In this document: positions 1 through 9,152 of the stretch, one piece after another
Position numbering within the stretch: the first letter of the stretch is position 1
Layout: each line of letters begins with the position of its first letter
Assembly (NCBI GenBank): GCA_043812955.1
Contig: JBDRLN010000066.1
Coordinates: 885-64,884, forward strand
Length of the DNA: 64,000 nucleotides
Reading direction: 5' to 3'
Source of the DNA: Candidatus Omnitrophota bacterium
GTDB lineage: Bacteria > Omnitrophota > Gorgyraeia > Gygaellales > Profunditerraquicolaceae
Program-made: the position numbers and the translations under genes
The notes under the pieces: generated by a model
Told to the model about the DNA's origin: nothing
The model's database searches: none
The model's input: only the letters and a program-made list of their open reading frames with translations

Positions 1-450
1 AGCTTTACTTATTTAAACCTGATCGGAGACGGATTTCATAATCTACTAGATGGCATGCTTATTGCGGTAAGTTTTACCGTATCCATAAAAATAGGCCTGG
101 CTACTACTTTAGCGGTTATTTTGCATGAGATACCCCAGGAATTAAGCGATTTCGGGGTTTTGGTTTACGGGGGGTTTACTAAAACCAAGGCTTTGATATT
201 TAATTTTATTTCGGCTTTAACGGCGATATTCGGGGCTTTGTTAGGCTATTTTCTCAGCGACAAGGTAGCCCATTTCTCAAATTTTATTCTTCCTTTAACT
301 GCCGGCGGTTTTATCTATATCGCTACCTCCGATCTCATTCCCGAAATACACAAAGAAAAGAATTTGAAGCGTTCAACCCTGGCTTTCTTCTCGTTTTTAT
401 TAGGTATTGGTTTTATGGCCTTAACTAAAAAGCTTCTGGAACATCAATGA
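1..450 (+). CDS. ZIP family metal transporter (5' partial)
   Basis: Frame open from base 1; GDGFHNLLDG and HEIPQE motifs of ZIP transporters. Confidence 0.9.
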   Translation, partial: SFTYLNLIGDGFHNLLDGMLIAVSFTVSIKIGLATTLAVILHEIPQELSDFGVLVYGGFTKTKALIFNFISALTAIFGALLGYFLSDKVAHFSNFILPLTAGGFIYIATSDLIPEIHKEKNLKRSTLAFFSFLLGIGFMALTKKLLEHQ

Positions 451-1451
451 AAGCAGTAGCCTTAATTTCCGGCGGCCTGGATAGTATCTTGGCTGCTCGG
501 GTGATTAAAGAACAGGGTATTGCTGTAACCGCGCTATTTTTTAAAATCCCATTCCTGGGTAACCCTAAAAAACCCGGGATAAAATCCGAAGATTCGATCC
601 GTAGATTAACCGAAGCCTCAGGTATTAAATTAGTAGTCATTGAATTGGCAGATGATTTTCTAGAAATAGTTAAGAATCCGGCTCACGGATACGGTTCAAA
701 TATTAATCCTTGTATAGATTGTAAGACTTTTATGCTTAAAAAAGCCGCTGAGTTCATGCGTGAGAATGGAGGGTCTTTTTTAGTTACCGGAGAAGTGTTA
801 GGGCAAAGGCCAATGTCCCAGAACAAGCAAAGTTTAGGGGTTATTGAAAGAAATTCCGGCATGGAAGGCTTGATCCTGCGCCCGCTTTCAGCCAGGCTTT
901 TAGATGAGACTACCCCGGAGAAACAAGGCTGGGTTAAGCGGGAAGTCTTGCTTGATTTTAACGGACGCACCCGCTCTCCGCAGATAGAATTAGCTTTAGA
1001 ATTCGGGATTAAAAATTATTCCAGCCCCGCCGGAGGGTGTTTATTAACCGACCCCCATTTTACCGACCGAGCGAAAGATCTTTTAAGGCATAATGAATTG
1101 ACCATGGAAAATGTGGAATTAATAAAGATCGGCAGGTATTTCAGAGTAACGCCAGATGTAAAATTAGCCGTAGGAAGAAATGAAGCTGAAGATAACCGGA
1201 TAATTGGTTTAGCCAAGACCGGGGATCATCTTTTTTATCCGCCGCTAGATGTTGCCGGGACAACTGCGTTGGCACGAGGAAAGTTAAATGAAGAATCTAT
1301 CCGTTTATGCGCCTCTATCGCCAGCCGCTACTGTGACTTAAACGGTAAACAATCCATAAATATAACTTACAGAATATTTCCATCGGACGAAGAAAAAATA
1401 ATCTTAGTATCAGCGTTATCAGAAGTAGAGTTAGTTAAACTAAGAATATAA
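447..1451 (+). CDS. ThiI/MnmA-like PP-loop tRNA thiolation protein
   Basis: SGGLDS PP-loop, PCIDCK, TGEVLGQRPMSQ, AGGCLLTD. Confidence 0.8.
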   Translation: MKAVALISGGLDSILAARVIKEQGIAVTALFFKIPFLGNPKKPGIKSEDSIRRLTEASGIKLVVIELADDFLEIVKNPAHGYGSNINPCIDCKTFMLKKAAEFMRENGGSFLVTGEVLGQRPMSQNKQSLGVIERNSGMEGLILRPLSARLLDETTPEKQGWVKREVLLDFNGRTRSPQIELALEFGIKNYSSPAGGCLLTDPHFTDRAKDLLRHNELTMENVELIKIGRYFRVTPDVKLAVGRNEAEDNRIIGLAKTGDHLFYPPLDVAGTTALARGKLNEESIRLCASIASRYCDLNGKQSINITYRIFPSDEEKIILVSALSEVELVKLRI

Positions 1452-1455
1452 TTTT

Positions 1456-1540
1456 GCGGGTCCTGCCCAAAGGAGGCAGTTCCTGGGCCCCTCCGCCCGG
1501 TGTGGATCCTCCCAGTCACCGCCATCCTTTGGTCACCCGC
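1456..1540. repeat. GC-rich 85-nt irregular hairpin element; partial second copy at 25729-25763
   Basis: Nested complementary segments gcggg/cccgc, ccaaagga/tcctttgg, ggcagt/accgcc, ctggg/cccag; 3' arm matches 25729-25763 at 29/35 nt. Confidence 0.6.
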
Positions 1541-1561
1541 TAAGCTTATAATAATGTTATT

Positions 1562-2575
1562 ATGAGAAAAGAGGCGCTGCTTTATCAGAAATTGGACGGT
1601 CAGCAGGTGCAATGTAATCTCTGCTGCCACCGCTGTAAGATTGCTAATGAAAAATTCGGGTTTTGCGGGGTAAGGCAGAATATTGATGCGGTTTTATTTA
1701 CCCATGTTTACGGGAATATAATTTCATATCATGTTGACCCGATTGAGAAAAAGCCGTTATACCATTTCTTACCTGGCTCAAAAAGCTTTTCTATTGCCAC
1801 TATAGGCTGTAATTTCCGCTGCGGTTTTTGCCAGAATTGGGAGATATCCCAGGTAAGGGTTGATGAAAATATCGCTAAAGAAGAAAATTATCATTCTCCG
1901 GAAACCGTAATTAAGGCTGCCTTGGATAATGGTTGCAAGAGTATAGCTTATACCTATACAGAACCGACGATTTTTTTTGAATACGCCCTAGACTGCGCAC
2001 AGCTAGCTAAAGAAAAAGGGCTGCACAATATTTTTGTTACCAACGGTTTTATGACTAAGGAAGCAATGCAAATGATTATGCCGTATCTTAACGCGGCGAA
2101 TATAGATCTTAAATTCTTTAAAGAGGGATCCTATAACAAAATCTGCAACGGAAGCTTACAGCCGGTTTTGGATTCAATTGCCTTAATGAATAAACTGGGT
2201 ATCTGGGTCGAAGTAACTACTCTGGTAGTGCCTGGTGAGAATGATTCTGAGCAAGAACTAAGGGCGATCGCCCAGTTTCTTGCCAGTGTAGATAAAAATA
2301 TCCCTTGGCATATCTCTAGGTTCCATCCTGATTATAAATTGCAAAATACCGCCTTAACCCCAGAAAAAACCCTTAAGAAAGTTTTTGATATTGGTTATCA
2401 GGCTGGTTTAAGGTATGTTTACATTGGTAATGTCTTTGCCTGGGGAAATGATACTATCTGCTATAAATGCAAAAAATTATTAATTAAAAGAGAAGGATTC
2501 AATATTCTAGATAATCATCTTCAAAATAATAGCTGCTCATATTGCAAGGTCATCATACCAGGGGTATTTAATTAA
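1562..2575 (+). CDS. amrS: AmmeMemoRadiSam-system radical SAM enzyme (PFL-activase-like)
   Basis: CxxCxHxC N-terminus, DPIEKKPLYHFLPG, CNFRCGFC radical SAM motif, YTYTEP. Confidence 0.9.
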   Translation: MRKEALLYQKLDGQQVQCNLCCHRCKIANEKFGFCGVRQNIDAVLFTHVYGNIISYHVDPIEKKPLYHFLPGSKSFSIATIGCNFRCGFCQNWEISQVRVDENIAKEENYHSPETVIKAALDNGCKSIAYTYTEPTIFFEYALDCAQLAKEKGLHNIFVTNGFMTKEAMQMIMPYLNAANIDLKFFKEGSYNKICNGSLQPVLDSIALMNKLGIWVEVTTLVVPGENDSEQELRAIAQFLASVDKNIPWHISRFHPDYKLQNTALTPEKTLKKVFDIGYQAGLRYVYIGNVFAWGNDTICYKCKKLLIKREGFNILDNHLQNNSCSYCKVIIPGVFN

Positions 2576-2588
2576 ATCACATTTTTTA

Positions 2589-2617
2589 TTGACAAATGAT
2601 ACAAATGTGGTATCATT
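2589..2617 (+). promoter_or_regulatory. Sigma70 promoter overlapped by a palindromic (probable Rrf2) operator
   Basis: TTGACA(2589)-16 nt-TATCAT(2611) with extended TG; inverted repeat AATGATAC-N7-GTATCATT at 2595-2617. Confidence 0.75.
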
Positions 2618-2639
2618 AGATAAAAGAAAGGAGGCAGAT

Positions 2640-2723
2640 ATGGATATAACTGTTAAATATATGCTGCGTCCGGTTGCCCACTGTAAAGAGGGCTGCCCTA
2701 GATTGTCCTGGGCACGACAATAA
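2640..2723 (+). CDS. Putative 27-aa leader peptide MDITVKYMLRPVAHCKEGCPRLSWARQ
   Basis: Strong SD (AAAGGAGG) just upstream of ATG, directly after the promoter; below the ORF-track size cutoff. Confidence 0.6.
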   Translation: MDITVKYMLRPVAHCKEGCPRLSWARQ

Positions 2724-2761
2724 ACTGCCCGTATTTTTTATCAATAATTAGCGGAGAAAAA

Positions 2762-3160
2762 ATGAAATTGATAACCAGAGACACGGATTACGCTTTACGG
2801 GCCTTATGTTTTATCGCCAAGAATAAAGATAAAGTTACGCCTGTTTCGGAATTAGTTAGAAGACTAAGGATGCCCAGGCCGTTTTTACGCAAGATCCTAC
2901 AGTCGCTAGATAAAATCGGCTTACTAAAATCATATAAAGGCAAAGGCGGGGGTTTTCTTCTGACCCTTAAGCCGGATAAGATATCTATCTTAGATGTGAT
3001 GCGAATTTTCCAAGGCGAATTCAATTTTAATGAGTGTCTTTTGAATAAACGCCTTTGTCCGGATATACGGATTTGTATCTTAAAGAAGAAAATAGACCGG
3101 ATAGAAAAATATGTTATTTCAGAACTAAATTCGTTCAAATTAGCTTATTTATTAGAGTAA
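2762..3160 (+). CDS. Rrf2 family transcriptional regulator
   Basis: TDYALRAL, GKGGGFLL wHTH; three C-terminal Cys (C-x6-C-x5-C) as likely Fe-S ligands. Confidence 0.93.
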   Translation: MKLITRDTDYALRALCFIAKNKDKVTPVSELVRRLRMPRPFLRKILQSLDKIGLLKSYKGKGGGFLLTLKPDKISILDVMRIFQGEFNFNECLLNKRLCPDIRICILKKKIDRIEKYVISELNSFKLAYLLE

Positions 3161-3166
3161 TCTATT

Positions 3167-3985
3167 ATGCCAAAAAGGAAAATTATTAAGATTGATGAAT
3201 CTAAGTGCAATGGCTGTGGGTTATGTTTACCTAATTGCCCGGAAGGGGCGTTACAGATAATAGACAATAAGGCCAGACTGATCAGCGATTTATTCTGTGA
3301 CGGCCTGGGGGCTTGCCTTGGGTACTGTCCGCAAGGCGCGATTAAAATTGAAGAAAGAACCGCGCAGGAGTATAATGAGGGCAAGGTAATGGAGAATATC
3401 GCCCAGCAGGGAGATAAGGTTATTCGGGCTCATCTCCAGCATTTAAAAGCCCATGGCGCAACTAACTATCTTAAAGATGCCCTGGATTATTTAAAAGAAA
3501 AAGGGATTAAAATAACGTTAGAGGATTCATCCCAGCCTTGCGCCTGTCCTGGTTCCCAGGCCAGGGAATTTAAAAGAACCAAAGAGCCATTAGGAAAAAA
3601 TACAGGCACCATTAATTTTTCCTCGGAGTTAAACAATTGGCCGGTTCAAATTAAGCTTGTTCCTGAAGGGGCGCCGTATTTCAATAACGCGGTCCTGTTA
3701 ATTTGCGCTGATTGTGTTCCTTTTAGTTATGCTGGTTTTCATCAGAATTTATTAAAAGATAAAATTCTGATGATAGGCTGCCCGAAATTAGATGACCCGG
3801 AATTTTATCGGGAAAAACTCACTCGGATTATTAAGAATAACAATATTAAATCCATAACTTGCTCCCATATGGAGGTGCCTTGTTGTTTCGGGTTGGTCAG
3901 CTTAGTAAAATCTGCGCTTAATTCTGCGGATAAACAAATACCATTTAAAGAAATAACTATAAGTATTAAAGGGGAGAAACTATAG
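3167..3985 (+). CDS. 4Fe-4S dicluster iron-sulfur protein
   Basis: CNGCGLCLPNCP and CDGLGACLGYCP; C-terminal WPVQIKLV..ADC..GCPKLD..MEVPCC. Confidence 0.85.
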   Translation: MPKRKIIKIDESKCNGCGLCLPNCPEGALQIIDNKARLISDLFCDGLGACLGYCPQGAIKIEERTAQEYNEGKVMENIAQQGDKVIRAHLQHLKAHGATNYLKDALDYLKEKGIKITLEDSSQPCACPGSQAREFKRTKEPLGKNTGTINFSSELNNWPVQIKLVPEGAPYFNNAVLLICADCVPFSYAGFHQNLLKDKILMIGCPKLDDPEFYREKLTRIIKNNNIKSITCSHMEVPCCFGLVSLVKSALNSADKQIPFKEITISIKGEKL

Positions 3986-4005
3986 CGGCTAAAAAGGAGT
4001 TTATT

Positions 4006-4716
4006 TTGGAAGAGATAAAAGCTAAACTTATTCAAAGGATAAAAAGAACTTCCAGTGTGGAGAGTTTCAGGTTTCTTCCGGAGAAAAAGATTGACTTTTT
4101 AGCCGGACAATTCCTGCAGGTAATTTTTGATGAAAATGACCGCAATAATAAAGAATTAAACAAGTATCTTTCTTTTTCCTCTTCTCCTAACCAGGATTAC
4201 TTTGAACTAACTAAGAGGATCAGCGCAAGCGCTTTTTCCCAGAAATTGAAAAGTTTAAAAACAGGAGATGAGTTTTTATTTAAAGTTCCTCTGGGCGCCT
4301 GCGTATTTAAAGATGAGTATAAAAAAATAGCTTTCCTAATCGGAGGGATTGGCATAACCCCGGTTATTTCTATAATAGAATATATAGCCGGGAATAAAAT
4401 CAATACCGATGTTTTATTGTTTTACTCCAATCGCAATGAAGAGGATATAGCTTTTAAATCCGAGTTAGATAATTGGCGGGAGAACAACTCTAATATTAAG
4501 ATATTTTATATGGTGTCTGACTCTCAGCCTATTAATAAGGAATACATCTTTGGCAGGATCGGCAAGGATTTATTATTAAATAAAATCCCAGATATACCTG
4601 AAAGGGTGTTTTTTATTTTCGGACCTCCCAAGATGGTGGAGGCAATGAAAAATACCTGTTTAGAGATCAGTCCAGTTAAGGAGCATATCAATACCGAAAG
4701 TTTTATAGGATATTAA
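4006..4716 (+). CDS. Ferredoxin-NAD(P) reductase-family FAD-binding oxidoreductase
   Basis: FLAGQF, GGIGITP, FGPPKMV, C-terminal ESF. Confidence 0.85.
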   Translation: MEEIKAKLIQRIKRTSSVESFRFLPEKKIDFLAGQFLQVIFDENDRNNKELNKYLSFSSSPNQDYFELTKRISASAFSQKLKSLKTGDEFLFKVPLGACVFKDEYKKIAFLIGGIGITPVISIIEYIAGNKINTDVLLFYSNRNEEDIAFKSELDNWRENNSNIKIFYMVSDSQPINKEYIFGRIGKDLLLNKIPDIPERVFFIFGPPKMVEAMKNTCLEISPVKEHINTESFIGY

Positions 4717-4729
4717 AAAGGGGGCTAGC

Positions 4730-5917
4730 ATGTCGGTTATAGAGATTAAAAAGGATGTATTTTGGGTGGGGGTAGTGGATTGGAGCGTGCGCAGTTTCCA
4801 CGGACATACTTTTAATACCAAAAGAGGTACTACCTACAACGCATATTTAATTAAAGGTGATAAGAATGTCCTGATCGATACTGTCTATGGCCCTTTTGCG
4901 GAGGAGATGATTGAAAATATCCGTCAGGTTATCGAGCCTGGGAAAATAGATTATGTGATTGCTAATCACGTAGAGACGGATCATTCCGGGGCAATACCAG
5001 CGATCATGAAGCTTTGTCCTAAAGCTAAAGTCCTGGGTACAGCTAAATGCAAAGAAGGACTGTATAAACATTATTATGGTAACTGGGAGTTTCAGGTTGT
5101 AAAGACCGGGGATAAGCTGAATTTAGGTAAAAAAACTTTGACCTTTTTAGAGGCCCCGATGCTGCACTGGCCAGACAGCATGTTTACTTATTTCTCTGAA
5201 GAGGAATTACTTTTTCCCAATGACGCTTTTGGCCAGCATTACGCCACGAGTTATAGATTTGACGACGAAGTAGACCCAGCCGTTTTAATGGAAGAAGCTG
5301 CTAAATATTACGCTAATATCCTTTGGCCTCTGAGCAGTTTAGTCATAAGAAAGATTGAAGAGGTCCAGAAGTTGAATATTTTCATTCAAATGATTGCTCC
5401 CAGCCATGGGATCATCTGGCGTAAAGACCCGCTGAAGATTATTAAGGCTTATTTGGGGTGGGCTAAAAATGAAACCAAACCTAAAGTAGTGGTTGTTTAT
5501 GAAACCATGTGGGGCTCTACTGAAAAAATAGCCCATAAGATCGCCGAAGGCATAATTGACTGCGGCTTAGAGGTAAAACTTTTTAATGTCGCCCAATCTG
5601 ACCATACTGAAATCATTCAGGAGATGCTCGATGCCAAAGGTTATCTTATTGGCTCATCTACTCATGATAACAATATGCTTCCTAACATGGGAGGATTCCT
5701 GGAGTTTTTCAAAGGGCTTAAGCCTAAAAATAGGATAGCTGGTGTTTTTGGTTCCTATGGCTGGGCAGGCGGGGCAGTAAAAGAAATTGAGGGAGTGCTT
5801 AAAGAGGCAGGTATTGAAGATTTGTCTCCTCCAATTTCTTTTAAATATGTCCCTGATATTCAAGAGATGCAGAGTTGCTTGGCATACGGTAAAGATTTTG
5901 CCCAGAGGATAAAATAG
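4730..5917 (+). CDS. fprA: Flavodiiron protein (A-type flavoprotein, O2/NO reductase)
   Basis: GTTYNAYL, NHVETDHSG, HWPDSM, DAFGQH, PSHG and a flavodoxin domain (TMWGST, FGSYGW). Confidence 0.95.
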   Translation: MSVIEIKKDVFWVGVVDWSVRSFHGHTFNTKRGTTYNAYLIKGDKNVLIDTVYGPFAEEMIENIRQVIEPGKIDYVIANHVETDHSGAIPAIMKLCPKAKVLGTAKCKEGLYKHYYGNWEFQVVKTGDKLNLGKKTLTFLEAPMLHWPDSMFTYFSEEELLFPNDAFGQHYATSYRFDDEVDPAVLMEEAAKYYANILWPLSSLVIRKIEEVQKLNIFIQMIAPSHGIIWRKDPLKIIKAYLGWAKNETKPKVVVVYETMWGSTEKIAHKIAEGIIDCGLEVKLFNVAQSDHTEIIQEMLDAKGYLIGSSTHDNNMLPNMGGFLEFFKGLKPKNRIAGVFGSYGWAGGAVKEIEGVLKEAGIEDLSPPISFKYVPDIQEMQSCLAYGKDFAQRIK

Positions 5918-5926
5918 GAGGCAGAT

Positions 5927-6103
5927 ATGATACCTATAGAAGCATTGACGTTGGCTTTATCTGAAGAAACCAAAGCAATAGCTCTGTACAGAAGATTATC
6001 TGCGGAGCACCAGTCGATAAGGGAGATGTTTGATTTTTTGATCATCGAGGAAGAGAAACACCAGCAGTTGATTAAAAATAAGATAGCGGAGTTGATGAAA
6101 TAG
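5927..6103 (+). CDS. 58-aa half rubrerythrin/ferritin-like protein
   Basis: SD AGGAGG; [21 protein letters not shown]...[15 protein letters not shown] is a single E...ExxH helix pair; missed by the ORF track. Confidence 0.75.
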   Translation: MIPIEALTLALSEETKAIALYRRLSAEHQSIREMFDFLIIEEEKHQQLIKNKIAELMK

Positions 6104-6111
6104 GAGGTGTG

Positions 6112-6270
6112 ATGGCTAAATATCGTTGCACGGTTTGCGGTTATATATATGATCCTGCAATTGGAGATCCTGATAATGGGATAAAGCCGGAAACTTCATT
6201 TGAAAGTTTGCCTGATAACTGGGTTTGCCCTGAATGCGGGGTAGGAAAAAGTGAGTTTGAGAAGGTTTAG
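6112..6270 (+). CDS. Rubredoxin
   Basis: [52 protein letters not shown]; SD AGGAGG; missed by the ORF track. Confidence 0.97.
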   Translation: MAKYRCTVCGYIYDPAIGDPDNGIKPETSFESLPDNWVCPECGVGKSEFEKV

Positions 6271-6286
6271 AGCTGGGAGGCGAAAA

Positions 6287-6727
6287 ATGGATACATTTGT
6301 CTGCAAAGTCTGTGGTTATGTTTCTTTTAAAGACGCCCCGGATAAGTGCCCGGTTTGTGGAGCGGCTAAACAGGCGTTTCAATTGACTCCGGATGTTATC
6401 AAAAAGCCCATTGATCCTAATAATCTAAATGACTTGGAGAAAAAACATATTCCGGTAATTAAAATAAATAAGGTTTGCGGTTTAGTCGGCCCGGGTTGTA
6501 TTGACGCGCATATTAAGGTTGGCGAGGTATTGCATGTAATGGAGGCCAAGCATTTGATCATGTACATCGATGTGTATCATGATTATAATTTTCTTTGCCG
6601 GGCGCACTTGACTCCTGACAAGATTAATCCGGTTATTGGTATACATCTAAAAGTCTCAAGCGGAAAATTACTGGCGCTGGAGAATTGTAATGTGCATGGC
6701 CGCTGGCTAGCGGAGGCAGATTTATAA
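6287..6727 (+). CDS. Superoxide reductase (neelaredoxin domain) with N-terminal rubredoxin-like domain
   Basis: CKVCGY...CPVCG, EKKHIP, HVMEAKH, CNVHG; start moved to ATG 6287 after GGAGG. Confidence 0.85.
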   Translation: MDTFVCKVCGYVSFKDAPDKCPVCGAAKQAFQLTPDVIKKPIDPNNLNDLEKKHIPVIKINKVCGLVGPGCIDAHIKVGEVLHVMEAKHLIMYIDVYHDYNFLCRAHLTPDKINPVIGIHLKVSSGKLLALENCNVHGRWLAEADL

Positions 6728-6729
6728 CT

Positions 6730-7200
6730 ATGCTTCATCTTCTCAGAGAAGTAGTGACTTTTTTTCTGCAGCAGCACTTTGTGATCGTGACTACAATTGA
6801 TAAGCAAGGTAGGCCGCATAATTCATGTAAGGGTATGGTGGATATTACACCGGATGGAAAGGTGTATCTTCTGGACCTTTATATGAAAGACACCTTTAAT
6901 AATTTGAAAGCTAAACCGGATATAAGCGTTACTGCGGTAGAGGAACATCAGTTTAGGGGTTATTCGCTTAAAGGCCGGGGTTCTATAGTTAAAAGAGAGA
7001 ATCTTTCGCCTAAGATTATCATTAAGTGGGATGAATTGCTTACCCAGCGTATTTCTCACCGTATAATTAAGAATATTCGTAACGGCAAGGCCCAGAAACA
7101 GCATCCGGAAGCACTTTTGCCTAAGCCTGCTTATATGGTGCTGGTCAAAGTTGAGGAAGTAATAGATTTAACCCCGCAGCATATCAAAAAAGAGGTGTAG
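6730..7200 (+). CDS. Pyridoxamine 5'-phosphate oxidase-like FMN-binding protein
   Basis: VTTIDKQGRPH, TFNNL..P.ISV, GYSLKGRG pattern. Confidence 0.75.
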   Translation: MLHLLREVVTFFLQQHFVIVTTIDKQGRPHNSCKGMVDITPDGKVYLLDLYMKDTFNNLKAKPDISVTAVEEHQFRGYSLKGRGSIVKRENLSPKIIIKWDELLTQRISHRIIKNIRNGKAQKQHPEALLPKPAYMVLVKVEEVIDLTPQHIKKEV

Positions 7201-7202
7201 AA

Positions 7203-7682
7203 ATGGGTAATATTCTAAACGCGAGTGAGATAGTAGAATTAGGTATTCAGATCGAGAAAAACGGCTTTGATTTTTATACTGGCGTAGCCGTAAAATCGAA
7301 AAACCAAAATACCAAAGAAAGGTTTCTCTATCTTGCTGATCAGGAGAAACAACATATTCTCGTTTTCCAGGGGATATTGGATAAGGCCGGCAAGTATCAG
7401 CCGGTTGAAAGTTATGACGGCGAGAATATGGCTTATCTAAATGCTGTAGCTAGCGAACACGTTTTCACCCGGGAAGGTAAGGGGAAGGAGATTGCCCGGA
7501 GCATAGAAACTGATAAAGAAGCGATCGATCTGGCGATAAATTTTGAAAAAGATTCTATTATCCTTTTCTCAGTAATAAAAAAAGTTGTTCCCGTTCAGCA
7601 GCATAACATAATTGACGCGCTTATCCAGCAGGAGCAGGGGCATTTGGTTGCGCTAGTTGAGATCAAACAAAACCTTAAATAA
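7203..7682 (+). CDS. Rubrerythrin/ferritin-like diiron protein
   Basis: IEKNGFDFY, LADQEKQH, FEKDSI, QEQGH. Confidence 0.85.
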   Translation: MGNILNASEIVELGIQIEKNGFDFYTGVAVKSKNQNTKERFLYLADQEKQHILVFQGILDKAGKYQPVESYDGENMAYLNAVASEHVFTREGKGKEIARSIETDKEAIDLAINFEKDSIILFSVIKKVVPVQQHNIIDALIQQEQGHLVALVEIKQNLK

Positions 7683-7693
7683 AGAGATTAGCG

Positions 7694-8335
7694 ATGAATA
7701 AAACCAGAAAGATCAGACAATTTGTTATGGCTGTGGTTTTCATGGGCGTATTTATCTTTGGCTGGAAATATCCTATTTTGGGATTTTTTATTCCTTTGTG
7801 TATGATCCTGGGAATAGGTATAGGGTTGTTTAAAGGCAGGAAATTTTGCGATTGGTATTGCCCCCGGGGAAGTTTTTATGACGCTTGGATTAAGCCCTTG
7901 AGCCCGCAAAGAAAAACGCCGGATTTATTTAAGAATATCTATTTCCGTTTAGGAGTATTATTTTTTTTGATGGCGGTAATGGGGATTAATTTAATAAGCC
8001 GCTGGCCAAATCCTGAAAATATAGGTAAGTTTTTTGTAATTATGATGACCTCTACTACGCTTCTGGGGGTTATCCTAGCGTTTTTTTGGCATCAACGCAG
8101 CTGGTGTTTATTCTGCCCTGTAGGCACGATCGCTAATTTAGTGGGCAGGAATAAATTTGTCTTAAAGATAGATTCCGAAGCCTGTAATGAATGCAAATTA
8201 TGCGCTAAAGCCTGTCCTATACAGATCAAACCTTATAAATTTAAAAAAACAGGCGCGCAGGAAGTTAAAGATTATGATTGCCTTAAGTGCGGGATTTGCA
8301 TCGCATCCTGCCCTAATAAAGCCCTAAGTTTTTAA
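7694..8335 (+). CDS. Membrane 4Fe-4S binding protein (NapH/MauN-like)
   Basis: TM segments, GRKFCDWYCPRG, RSWCLFCPVG, two CxxCxxCxxxCP motifs. Confidence 0.85.
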   Translation: MNKTRKIRQFVMAVVFMGVFIFGWKYPILGFFIPLCMILGIGIGLFKGRKFCDWYCPRGSFYDAWIKPLSPQRKTPDLFKNIYFRLGVLFFLMAVMGINLISRWPNPENIGKFFVIMMTSTTLLGVILAFFWHQRSWCLFCPVGTIANLVGRNKFVLKIDSEACNECKLCAKACPIQIKPYKFKKTGAQEVKDYDCLKCGICIASCPNKALSF

Positions 8336-8345
8336 AGGATAAATT

Positions 8346-9152
8346 ATGTTAAGAATACTTTTTAGGTTAGGCCCGCTAAATATCTATTCTTACGGATTAA
8401 TGCTGGCTCTGGCATTTTTATCCGGGATGTATTTAATTGAGAAAAGAGCCAGGAAGCAAGGTTTGGATAAGAATAAGATCCTGGACCTAGTTTTTCTTAT
8501 ACTTTTTTCCGGGATTCTGGGCGCGAGAGCCCTATTCGTCATAATAAATTGGGATTACTACAGGTCTGACCTGATTGGTATTTTTAAGGTCTGGGAAGGC
8601 GGCCTGGTTTTTTACGGCGGATTGATTCTAGCTTTTTTTGTCAGCATATGGTTTTTAAGAAAGAATAAGATATCGTTTTGGAAGACAGCGGATATTTTAA
8701 GCCCGGCATTAGCCTTAGGTGAAGCTGTGGGCAGGATCGGGTGTTTTTTAAACGGATGCTGTTATGGTTTAATCTCTGAAAAGTGGGGGGTCAGTTTTCC
8801 GGCCCGGGATAATCCCCCTGCTTTTGCCCAACAGGTCTTTGACGGCATAATAGCCCTGACAGCAAAAAGTTCATTACCGGTAATCCCGACCCAGATTTAT
8901 TCTGCCCTGGCCGGACTGGTAATATTTTTTATACTTTTAGCCCTGGAGAAAAAGAAAAGGTTTAACGGGTTTATTTTCTGGGTTTTTATCCTGCTTTATT
9001 CCTTATTTAGGTTTATGATTGAAGGGTTTCGTTATTACGAAAATAACTTTTTTGTGTTGAATAATTTGACGATATCCCAGATAATCAGCCTAGTTTTAGT
9101 TGTAATTTCCCTGATTTTTTTATTCAAAGGTAAAAAGCAGGGACGGTTCTGA
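8346..9152 (+). CDS. lgt: Prolipoprotein diacylglyceryl transferase
   Basis: WEGGLVFYGG, GRIGCFLNGCCYG, PTQIY, RFMIEGFR. Confidence 0.93.
   Translation: MLRILFRLGPLNIYSYGLMLALAFLSGMYLIEKRARKQGLDKNKILDLVFLILFSGILGARALFVIINWDYYRSDLIGIFKVWEGGLVFYGGLILAFFVSIWFLRKNKISFWKTADILSPALALGEAVGRIGCFLNGCCYGLISEKWGVSFPARDNPPAFAQQVFDGIIALTAKSSLPVIPTQIYSALAGLVIFFILLALEKKKRFNGFIFWVFILLYSLFRFMIEGFRYYENNFFVLNNLTISQIISLVLVVISLIFLFKGKKQGRF

Noticed and set aside
1456-1540. tRNA, tRNA-Sec or SRP RNA
   Set aside because: No cloverleaf or TTC T-loop and no SRP CAGG…GNRA…AGCA motif on either strand
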